This document shows, one piece after another, positions 31,171 through 39,159 of a DNA stretch of 62,028 nucleotides (positions are counted from its first letter, which is position 1; each line of letters starts with the position of its first letter). The notes under the pieces are model-generated. The model was not told where the DNA came from. It did no database searches and saw only the letters and a program-made list of their open reading frames with translations. Source of the stretch: Candidatus Gottesmanbacteria bacterium (GTDB taxonomy: Bacteria; Patescibacteriota; Microgenomatia; JAMCYU01); contig JAZDMI010000020.1 in assembly GCA_043801155.1 (NCBI GenBank), positions 1 to 62,028 of the forward strand, given 5' to 3'. The translations under genes were made by a program, and so were the position numbers.

Positions 31171-31227
31171 CCAAAATCATTATACATAATTCAATGGAAA
31201 TATAAAAAACGTAATCCTGAATGAGAT

Positions 31228-32025
31228 TTAATTTTTGATCTTATTTAGAGTTTCCTCTAGCTCTTGTGGTAACGGCGAGTCGAATTCAATCTTGCCACCA
31301 GTTATCGGATGAGTAAATTCTATATGGCTGGCGTGTAAAAAAACACGAGGACAAAATTTCCTGTCTTCGTTTGCCTGTTTCCGACCAGCGTAAAAACTAT
31401 CACCAACGATCGGGAAACCTATATATTTTAAATGAACACGTATTTGATGGGTTCGACCAGTTTGTGGATAAAGCTCTATCAGGGTATAGGGTTTGAGGTC
31501 TAGGGTATAGTATTTAACGATTTTATATTTTGTCAGTGCTTCACGACCACCAGGAACCACACCAAATCTTTCGCGATTCCATGGTAATCGGCCAATCGGC
31601 GCGTTGATTTCGCCCTCCTCTGGTATAACTTTTCCATGCACCAAAGCTAAATACTTCTTCTTCACTTCTCTATTTTTAAATTGTGCTTGCAGATTTACGA
31701 AAGCCGCTGGGGTCTTGGCAATTAATAATAATCCGGACGTTTCTTTATCCAGACGATGAACAATCCCCCCTCGTTTATAAAAATCCAAACCAGCGTCATT
31801 GCGAGGAGCTTGCGACGAAGCAATCTCTGTATCATCGTCATTCTGAACTTGTTTCAGAATCTCTTGAGATTGCTTCGCTTCGCTCGCAATGACGGGCATG
31901 TATTTTTCCACCCAGTCTTGTACTGTTTCAATATCTTTAGTTGTATCAGCCTTATTTACCACCATTCCGGAAGGTTTATCAATGACTAAAAGAGATTCGT
32001 CTTCAAAAACAATTTGTGGTTTCAT
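31228..32025 (-). CDS. rluD: RluA-family pseudouridine synthase carrying an internal repeat-derived insertion
   Basis: VFEDESLLVIDKPSGM and GIVHRLDKETSGLLL catalytic Asp motif. The start is taken at MKPQIVF. Confidence 0.85.
   Translation of the reverse strand: MKPQIVFEDESLLVIDKPSGMVVNKADTTKDIETVQDWVEKYMPVIASEAKQSQEILKQVQNDDDTEIASSQAPRNDAGLDFYKRGGIVHRLDKETSGLLLIAKTPAAFVNLQAQFKNREVKKKYLALVHGKVIPEEGEINAPIGRLPWNRERFGVVPGGREALTKYKIVKYYTLDLKPYTLIELYPQTGRTHQIRVHLKYIGFPIVGDSFYAGRKQANEDRKFCPRVFLHASHIEFTHPITGGKIEFDSPLPQELEETLNKIKN
31794..31894. repeat. 101-nt nested palindrome inside the rluD CDS
   Basis: 12-bp termini CGTCATTGCGAG/CTCGCAATGACG, an 11-bp inner pair GAAGCAATCTC/GAGATTGCTTC, and an 8-bp central stem ATTCTGAA/TTCAGAAT. 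Confidence 0.8.
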
Positions 32026-32094
32026 ATAACGATTAGGCGTACGGGGAGGCACAAAATTTTTGAGGAACGAAAAGTAATATTTTTTGTGCCGACC

Positions 32095-32457
32095 TCATTT
32101 TTCTTTCTTCTTCTCACACTCGAGACATAATTCGGCCGCGGGCATGACGGCTAAACGATCAGTGTCGATCATCTTTCCACATCTTTCACAGATTCCATAC
32201 TTACCTATCTTAATTTTGGTCAAAGCTTTTCTTATTCTGACTAAATTTTTTGACAATTCAAGTTTTATTGCCTCAACCCTTTCATGACCTTCTTGCTCTT
32301 TTACTTCGGTATCAATAGATGCATTATCAATTAATCTGTCAGTGTCATTGAACGGGTCTTCAACCGATATTTGCGCCATTTTCTTTTCGGTATCGGCCTT
32401 TTGATGCTTAAGATAATCTTCAATTGGTTTTAGTAAATTTATGGGAAATTTAAACAT
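32095..32457 (-). CDS. DksA/TraR-family C4 zinc-finger protein
   Basis: CERCGKMIDTDRLAVMPAAELCLEC. Confidence 0.7.
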   Translation of the reverse strand: MFKFPINLLKPIEDYLKHQKADTEKKMAQISVEDPFNDTDRLIDNASIDTEVKEQEGHERVEAIKLELSKNLVRIRKALTKIKIGKYGICERCGKMIDTDRLAVMPAAELCLECEKKKEK

Positions 32458-33250
32458 ATTTTGTTGGTCTTACTTTTTGTAAAATCGCCAGTAAGTCTTC
32501 TTTTAGCGATCTGCCTAATCTAATATATAACAAAATAACTGAGAATAAAATGAGAAACAAACAAATAATCTGCGTTAGACGATAACCGTAAAAGTATACA
32601 CTATCTCCCCTTAATATATCAAGGAGATAATGCGTTACCCCCCAGCATAATACATAGATTAAAAAAATCAGACCATGGGGAAAATTCCTACCGGATAACC
32701 ATTTGTCTACCTTTATTAGAAATAGAAAGATGAACAATAAAATTAAGGCTTGGTATATTTGTACCGGATGACGGAGTTCAGGAAGGCCAATTACCGGAAC
32801 AGCCCATGGTAAATTAGTAGTAATTCCGTATGCAGATCCCGAGAAAAACGCACCAATGCTGGCAATTGCTTCCGCTAAACTAATGCCTAATACCGAAATA
32901 TCAGCGATCTGCCAAAATGGCCAATTTTCCTTACGGGAAAAGTAAATCATGCCTATTAATCCTCCCAGGAGTCCACCAATAAAGGTCAGTCCGGGAAAAT
33001 GATAAATTAATAACCAGCGAAAAAAATTAAAACCAAAATCTTGAAAATGGAAGAATATATGAAAGATTCGCGCTCCTATTAAGCCAAAAATCATTTCTAC
33101 CAAAAGTAGGTCGATTATTTTTTCTTCATCAAATTTAAGGTTTTTTCCTACTCGCCAAACCACAAAACTGCCTATAATGATTGCTAATACAAGAAACAGA
33201 CCAAATGAATATATTCTAATTGATCCTAATGAAATTAAGATTGGATACAT
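32450..33250 (-). CDS. lgt: prolipoprotein diacylglyceryl transferase
   Basis: Lgt-like N-terminus, RHPVQIYQ (compare HPxQLYE), and a multi-TM profile. Confidence 0.85.
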   Translation of the reverse strand: MYPILISLGSIRIYSFGLFLVLAIIIGSFVVWRVGKNLKFDEEKIIDLLLVEMIFGLIGARIFHIFFHFQDFGFNFFRWLLIYHFPGLTFIGGLLGGLIGMIYFSRKENWPFWQIADISVLGISLAEAIASIGAFFSGSAYGITTNLPWAVPVIGLPELRHPVQIYQALILLFIFLFLIKVDKWLSGRNFPHGLIFLIYVLCWGVTHYLLDILRGDSVYFYGYRLTQIICLFLILFSVILLYIRLGRSLKEDLLAILQKVRPTKYV

Positions 33251-33269
33251 AAGATTTTACGTTTAAGAT

Positions 33270-34499
33270 TTAATATTTAACATTCCTATTATATCTTTCC
33301 TTTGATAACCTGTAAATTCCAAATAAAAGTATCAAGATTGAAATAGTAAAAATGACTTTTTCGATTCCAAATAAATCAGCGGCAACACCGGTAAATATTA
33401 CCGGTAAAATTGCCGCTCCACCGACAAGTGAAGTCAGAACACCATAGACCCGTCCCCGAAGTTCTGCTGGTGCGTGTTCCTGTAAATTGGTATTGGCCGG
33501 GACATCAATTAAGGCGTTAGCAGCTCCAATAAGAAATAAAATTGTTACCGCCAGATAAAGATTTCGTGCTTTTACAATAATAAAAACTAAAGCAAAAAGG
33601 AAAAGACCAGCCGAGAAAATACCCCAACTAATTAATTTGCTTTTTTCAGTTTTTCTACCAAACTGTCCAACTAATAATGCGCCGAATATCATTCCCAAAG
33701 CAGCCGGACCAAGAATTGTATAAGATGCGTCAGCGACATCGATTTGTAGAATCCGATGAGCAAATCCGGGCGCCAAGGAAGCCAGTGCCGCAATAAGTGC
33801 TTGGGATGCCGTCAATAAAATTAATGATTGAAAAACAATCGTATTTCTTTTAATGAAACGTAAACCATTAAGAAATTCCTGATATATTTTAATAATTTCC
33901 AGTTTACCATGAGATATTACTTTTGGCTTATCTTCACGAGATATTTGGGCGACAAAATAAGCAGCTAGACCTAAAAGAGCGCTAATAAATAAAAAGACAT
34001 TCCTTGGTCCAAAGAATTTTAAAGCTGGCCCGGATAATATAAAACCAGATATCATTGAGATATAATAGGTAAAAGTAAAAAGTGAATTTGCCGTTAAGAG
34101 GTATTCTTCAGGAACAATACGAGGAATTGTTGGTGCTTCAGCCGGAACGAAAAATTGAGTACTTATAGAAATAGCTACCACTAATATATATACCCATATC
34201 GGTGCTTCCGATGAGATAAAAAATCCTAATAACAAGACCATTCTTACTAAGTTAGTGACTACTAAAACATCCCTTTTATCCCAACGGTCAACTAAGGTTC
34301 CGGAAATGGCGCCAAAGATAATGGCCGGTAAACCAATCATTAAAATTAATAGAGAAACGGCGGTATTTGAAGACGTTGTCTGATAAATCCGTAAAATTAA
34401 AACGAATGCCATCATGTTAATCGCTACCTGAGACGTTATTTGACCCAGCCAGAGGCTACGGAAGTTACGATTTAAGATAACAGCCAAAAACGGCAACAT
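33270..34499 (-). CDS. MFS transporter
   Basis: 12-TM profile with a GTLVDRWDKR-like loop motif. Confidence 0.7.
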   Translation of the reverse strand: MLPFLAVILNRNFRSLWLGQITSQVAINMMAFVLILRIYQTTSSNTAVSLLILMIGLPAIIFGAISGTLVDRWDKRDVLVVTNLVRMVLLLGFFISSEAPIWVYILVVAISISTQFFVPAEAPTIPRIVPEEYLLTANSLFTFTYYISMISGFILSGPALKFFGPRNVFLFISALLGLAAYFVAQISREDKPKVISHGKLEIIKIYQEFLNGLRFIKRNTIVFQSLILLTASQALIAALASLAPGFAHRILQIDVADASYTILGPAALGMIFGALLVGQFGRKTEKSKLISWGIFSAGLFLFALVFIIVKARNLYLAVTILFLIGAANALIDVPANTNLQEHAPAELRGRVYGVLTSLVGGAAILPVIFTGVAADLFGIEKVIFTISILILLFGIYRLSKERYNRNVKY

Positions 34500-34620
34500 A
34501 GGGAAATATTACATCATTCTTGTTCTTTTGTCACCTTGATACTTCGATTATTTCAGTATCAAGCCTGATTATTTCGCAGGCTTGACATTATCTGTTAAAC
34601 TGTTCAGTATTAATTTATAC

Positions 34621-34703
34621 CGCCCCTCAAGATGTCGAGCTTACAGCGAGACCGAATTGAGGAAAGGTAAAAGGAGCATTCGCCGAAGGCGAAGCGGACT
34701 TAT
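34621..34703 (+). repeat. structured intergenic element, copy A
   Basis: CCTCAA-GAT-GTCGAGCT-TAC-AGCGAGAC-CGAA-TTGAGG, then an A-rich linker, a TTCGCC-GAA-GGCGAA hairpin, and GGACTTAT. Confidence 0.75.
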
Positions 34704-34709
34704 AAACAT

Positions 34710-35150
34710 ATGACAGCCACCACGCATTCATTAGTTGGAGTTTCTTTAGGTCGATTAATCCCTAATCCAATTGTTGCTTTAACAGTAGTTTTTTTGTCCA
34801 ATTTTATTCTTGATGCGGTTCCCCATTGGGATACCGGTACCGGGTGGCATAACCGGCCAAAAAAAATTACTTTTATAATGTCTGCTGTTGATGTTAGCCT
34901 TGGTTTAGTATTGGCTTGGGTATTTTTTCACTCTAAACTTAATCCTCTTTATCTTTTTAGTCTTGTTTTTGCATCAACCCTGGCTGATTGGACAGAAGCA
35001 CCATATATTTTCTTAAATTGGAATTTTCCGCCATTTAACTGGTTTTATAAAATCCAATCAAAATACCATGCCCGCAATGGTAGTCTTTGGGGAATTGTAA
35101 CCCAGCTAGTTATTGTTATTCCACTTGTATTAGTAGCCTACTATTTGTGA
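34710..35150 (+). CDS. small membrane protein, unknown function
   Basis: 146 aa with four hydrophobic helices. Confidence 0.4.
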   Translation: MTATTHSLVGVSLGRLIPNPIVALTVVFLSNFILDAVPHWDTGTGWHNRPKKITFIMSAVDVSLGLVLAWVFFHSKLNPLYLFSLVFASTLADWTEAPYIFLNWNFPPFNWFYKIQSKYHARNGSLWGIVTQLVIVIPLVLVAYYL

Positions 35151-35161
35151 ATCTTTTATTT

Positions 35162-35282
35162 CGCGCCTCAGAATGTCAACTTTACAAGTTGACCTGAATG
35201 AGGCAAGAAAAAAGGAGCACCTGCAGGAGCGAACTTATTCGAACATCGTGAGAAAAAGGAGCACCTGCAGGAGCGGACTTAT
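35162..35282 (+). repeat. structured intergenic element, copy B (tail module duplicated)
   Basis: CCTCA-GAAT-GTCAACTT-TAC-AAGTTGAC-CTGAA-TGAGG, then two copies of AAAAAGGAGCACCTGCAGGAGCG(A/G)ACTTAT with a 44-nt period. The end overlaps the efp stop codon. Confidence 0.8.
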
Positions 35283-35842
35283 TTATTGATCCTCTGAACA
35301 TATTCTCCGGTACGAGTATCGATTAACACCATATCGCCAATTTCAACAAACAAAGGAACTCTAACTTTAACTTTATTATCCAAAACTGCATCCTTGAATA
35401 TATTAGTTGCCGAATTACCACGATAACCAGGTTCAGTTTCTGCAATTGTAAATTCCATTTTAATCGGTAATTCAATTGTTAATGGTTCATCTTGATAAAA
35501 AACTACTTTAATATTCATTCCTTCTTTAAGATACGAGGCTTGATCTCCTATTTTATCGTTAGATAATTCAAACTGCTCAAAGGTATTTGGATCCATAAAA
35601 ACGAAGTTATTACCGTTTTTATAGAGATATTGTGATTCTTTCTTATCTAAATTTGCTTCCTGAACTTTGGCTCCTGATATAAAAACTTTTTCAACAATTG
35701 AACCACTGCGAAGGTTTTTGATTTTTGTTTTTATTGTCGCTGTGCCGCGGCCGAGCTTAACAAACTCATAATTTAAAACCTGGAAGAGATTATTATCTTC
35801 AGTAAAATAAGCTCCGGCTCGTAAATTTGTAACTGAAATCAT
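35279..35842 (-). CDS. efp: elongation factor P
   Basis: 187 aa with an EF-P-like N-terminus and a KLGRGTATIKTK loop. Confidence 0.93.
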   Translation of the reverse strand: MISVTNLRAGAYFTEDNNLFQVLNYEFVKLGRGTATIKTKIKNLRSGSIVEKVFISGAKVQEANLDKKESQYLYKNGNNFVFMDPNTFEQFELSNDKIGDQASYLKEGMNIKVVFYQDEPLTIELPIKMEFTIAETEPGYRGNSATNIFKDAVLDNKVKVRVPLFVEIGDMVLIDTRTGEYVQRINK

Positions 35843-37278
35843 AAATTTTGTAAAAAATTTAATATTGTTCTTACTCCAAATCCGGTTCCGCCCCTGGGTA
35901 TTAGATCATTGCCTTTTTCTTCCCAGGCCGGACCGGCAATATCTATATGCGCCCATGGTATATTTCCGACAAATTCCTCTAGGAATAAGGCAGCCGTTAT
36001 CGCTCCTCCATATCTTTTACCGCTGACGTTTTTAAGATCAGCAACACTTGATTTAATCAATTCCTTATATGTTTTTTCCAACGGCATAGGCCAGATTTTT
36101 TCACCAGCTGTATCAGCCGCAACTTTAATCTTTTCAATAAGATTATTATCTTTGGAAAACAATCCAGCGATTTCTTCACCTAACGCAACGATACATGCCC
36201 CGGTCAAGGTTGCCAAATCAATTATCAGATCTGGTTTTATCTCAACTCCATATGATAATGCATCAGCCAGAATAAGTCTGCCTTCGGCATCGGTGTTGAT
36301 AACCTCGATCGTTTTTCCATTATAAGCCTTAACTATGTCTCCCGGTTTTATCGCCTTACCTGAGGGCATGTTCTCGGTGACCGGGATTAAACCAATCAGG
36401 TGAATTTTGGGCCTTAATTTATCGATAACAGAGAAAATCGCGAGAACGCTGGCAGCGCCAGCCATATCCATTTTCATTGTCTCCATCCCCTCTTGTGGTT
36501 TTAGAGACAAACCGCCGCTATCAAAAGTTATCCCCTTACCGGCTAAAACAATTTTCTTCTTACCATTGCGGTAATCCAGTCTAATAAATTTAGCCGATTC
36601 ATCTGATCCTCGGGCAACACCAGCTAATGCTCCTAAGCCTAATTTTCCGAATTCAGATTCGTCATATATTTTACTGGAAAATTTATCTTTTTTAGCTAAT
36701 TTTTCTGCCATATCCGCCAAATATGTCGGGGTTGTTACCGAAGAGGGCTCATTGACTAAATTTCGGGTAAAAATTGTTGCTTCGCAATATATTTCAGCTC
36801 GGGTAATATATTCTCTAACTTTCACCAGCTCTTTAGCATCCTTGACTAAAATTGTGATTTCAAGTGGTTTAATATCATCCTTCTTATCGGTTTTGTATTT
36901 CTTAAAATCATAAGTACCAAGTAAAAATCCTGTAACAAAAGCCTCGATATTCTCTAATCCGAAGTTAGAACAATCTAATACCACTGATAACAATTTTTCT
37001 TCTTTAATTTTTTGATAAAGCTTGGCACAAGTTAATTGCAGATCAAAAGTTGTTAATTCACTGATTTTTCCAAGACCAACCAGAAAAACATTCTGTACTT
37101 TTAATATTTTTCCTACAGCAAATTTAAATTCTTTTCTGTCTGATTCTTTTTTGAGGATTCCGCCTAATTTTTTATCTAAATCCAGCAATTCTTTTGGCCA
37201 CTCGGTTTCCCAAACAAAAAAAACAAGTGATTCGGACTTTTTTTCATCGAAAATTCCAATTTTTATATTAAATTTCAT
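35839..37278 (-). CDS. pepA: leucyl aminopeptidase (M17)
   Basis: NTDAEGRLILADAL signature and 479 aa length. Confidence 0.9.
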   Translation of the reverse strand: MKFNIKIGIFDEKKSESLVFFVWETEWPKELLDLDKKLGGILKKESDRKEFKFAVGKILKVQNVFLVGLGKISELTTFDLQLTCAKLYQKIKEEKLLSVVLDCSNFGLENIEAFVTGFLLGTYDFKKYKTDKKDDIKPLEITILVKDAKELVKVREYITRAEIYCEATIFTRNLVNEPSSVTTPTYLADMAEKLAKKDKFSSKIYDESEFGKLGLGALAGVARGSDESAKFIRLDYRNGKKKIVLAGKGITFDSGGLSLKPQEGMETMKMDMAGAASVLAIFSVIDKLRPKIHLIGLIPVTENMPSGKAIKPGDIVKAYNGKTIEVINTDAEGRLILADALSYGVEIKPDLIIDLATLTGACIVALGEEIAGLFSKDNNLIEKIKVAADTAGEKIWPMPLEKTYKELIKSSVADLKNVSGKRYGGAITAALFLEEFVGNIPWAHIDIAGPAWEEKGNDLIPRGGTGFGVRTILNFLQNL

Positions 37279-37365
37279 AATTAGGCTGATTTTAGCATAA
37301 AAAGCCTTTTATTTACAAGGCTGGGTATGATAAAATAGTTATGTTTATCTTAAGTTTATCGAAGG

Positions 37366-37450
37366 GCCGAGGTGCTGAAATGGCAGACAGGCTAGTCTCA
37401 AAAACTAGTGAGGATAAAACCTCGTGAGGGTCCGACTCCCTCTCTCGGCA
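37366..37450 (+). tRNA. tRNA-Leu(CAA), class II with a long variable arm; CCA not fully encoded
   Basis: Hand fold: acceptor GCCGAGG/TCTCGGC, D stem CTG/CAG, anticodon stem CTAGT/ACTAG with loop CTCAAAA, variable arm GAGG/CCTC, and T stem GAGGG/CCCTC. The T loop reads TCCGACT. Confidence 0.85.
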
Positions 37451-37465
37451 CCGAAAAAATAAGGG

Positions 37466-38248
37466 TTAGAGAGACTCTTGAAGAAGAGGTTTTTCCCACA
37501 ATATCATTTCTCCTTTTCTCAAAAATGATGTTTTAGGATATCTTCCCTCATTAACACTTTTTTGATATTCCTGCTCAGTCATTCTCTTCATTTTGGAACC
37601 CTTAATTACAACGGTTGTAATCCAATCGATTAATGTCGGGTTTTCAATACCTCTTTCTCTTAATAGTTTTTCTTTTACTCTACTGGGGGTATTATCTAGT
37701 GGAACAATTCCTTTCTCTATTGCTTCGACCGTTCCAGAATCTAAAACAATAAGACATCCGCCCTTGGTTTTGGCAATGGTTGCATTGATCATCCTTTCTG
37801 TATCTTGAGTATCCGGAGAAATAAGTTGCGCATAAATGGCTAATCTGTCTTCTATTTTATTACTAAAGACTCCGAAAAGGTCCTTTATTCTACTATCTCC
37901 CCATCCATCACCTTTAAGTAAAATTATTGTCGGTTTAATTTTAGATACAAGTTGAGTTTTGATTTGGGTAATTTTTTCAAAATCAAAATTAGGATCAATA
38001 CCTATAACAATATCAGCCTCTGTTTTTTGCGATGCAAACAAAAGGCTGTCCAATTGATTCCCTGGTCCTATTTCTATGGCAACTTTATGGTTCTTAAGTA
38101 TTTCCTTTAGTTGGGAAACTGATTGAGTAGAAGGTTCTTTATCCGTAAAGTTGAGTGTATAGAACGGTAATCCGCATGAGTTTTCTTTATTTAATCCAAG
38201 TAATTCTAGTTGATCTGGTTGTATTTGTTCTGATGATTGGATATCCAT
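37466..38248 (-). CDS. hypothetical protein, possibly Rossmann/methyltransferase-like
   Basis: VAIEIGPGN resembles SAM-binding motif I. Otherwise unrecognised. Confidence 0.3.
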   Translation of the reverse strand: MDIQSSEQIQPDQLELLGLNKENSCGLPFYTLNFTDKEPSTQSVSQLKEILKNHKVAIEIGPGNQLDSLLFASQKTEADIVIGIDPNFDFEKITQIKTQLVSKIKPTIILLKGDGWGDSRIKDLFGVFSNKIEDRLAIYAQLISPDTQDTERMINATIAKTKGGCLIVLDSGTVEAIEKGIVPLDNTPSRVKEKLLRERGIENPTLIDWITTVVIKGSKMKRMTEQEYQKSVNEGRYPKTSFLRKGEMILWEKPLLQESL

Positions 38249-38368
38249 ATATCTACTCTGATCTTATCATATTTATTAGTCTTTTTCAGTTTTGATCTAG
38301 CCTCCGATGAACTCTATCTCTTGACTATCGTATGTATAATAGAATTAATATAAATAGTCTATAAGGAG

Positions 38369-38680
38369 ATGAAATATATGTTTCCTACACACGAACTACT
38401 TATTTCTCTTGACGATGCCCAGAGGGACCATATTAAGGGAATTCCCCAACCAGACGGCGTATTGAATACGTATGATCAAAATGCAGGCAGACGTATTGTA
38501 GTAATTCATACTGAAAATCCACCAAGATTCCTTAAATATCCAATAACGAAATTAGAGGATGTAAATGAAGCAATACCTATTGCAGCTAAATATGTTACCG
38601 AGTTAAAAAACCCTTCTCCCGATGGGAGAAAAATTAAAATGTTCCATAATCAACTTTGCCAGTTTTCACCAGATTTTTAA
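38369..38680 (+). CDS. hypothetical protein
   Basis: Open frame with an AAGGAG SD upstream. No motif. Confidence 0.35.
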   Translation: MKYMFPTHELLISLDDAQRDHIKGIPQPDGVLNTYDQNAGRRIVVIHTENPPRFLKYPITKLEDVNEAIPIAAKYVTELKNPSPDGRKIKMFHNQLCQFSPDF

Positions 38681-38684
38681 ATAT

Positions 38685-39158
38685 CTAAAACCACGTAGGA
38701 ATTATTTTCCAATCCATGAGTAGCAAAACTAGAGCGGCTAGGAAAAAAGTTGTAATCACTTGGTGAAATACCTGCATTATAATAAATGTTTGCTGCAATG
38801 AGACTTTTCCGGTTAAGAAATGCATTCTTTTGAATCCAGCATATTGATTATGAGGATAAACCGATGGTTGCCCAAATTGCTGCAGGAACCAATATATTGT
38901 TTCACCGCTACCGCGTACTATCCAAAATAATATCCAGATTAAAAGACCAAGACGTAAATCTTTAGCTAAATAGGTTATAAATAGGAATATTATGTCAAAA
39001 AGACTAAAAACCAGCAGATCTTCCCAGGTAAAAGCACCTAAAAGAAATCCCCAATGATATATAAATTCGATTTTTTTACGGCTGTGCCTTAATTTGTTGA
39101 TGGACAGAATAAAAAGAAATAGATTTATAACGACTAACCACCCGATAATCGAAATCAT
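38685..39158 (-). CDS. small membrane protein
   Basis: Four or five hydrophobic helices, immediately downstream of dnaB. Confidence 0.4.
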   Translation of the reverse strand: MISIIGWLVVINLFLFILSINKLRHSRKKIEFIYHWGFLLGAFTWEDLLVFSLFDIIFLFITYLAKDLRLGLLIWILFWIVRGSGETIYWFLQQFGQPSVYPHNQYAGFKRMHFLTGKVSLQQTFIIMQVFHQVITTFFLAALVLLLMDWKIIPTWF

Positions 39159-39159
39159 G

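Noticed and set aside
31683-31989. Plus-strand ORFs 31683-31892 and 31756-31989, opposite rluD.
   Set aside because: They exist only because the palindromic insert is stop-free on both strands. The rluD frame carries the conserved catalytic motifs.
32048-32090. 9-bp inverted repeat GGCACAAAA ... TTTTGTGCC with a 25-nt loop between dksA-like and rluD.
   Set aside because: The stem is AT-rich with a long loop in a short spacer. It is probably just the dksA-like terminator or rluD promoter context and is not distinctive enough for a finding.
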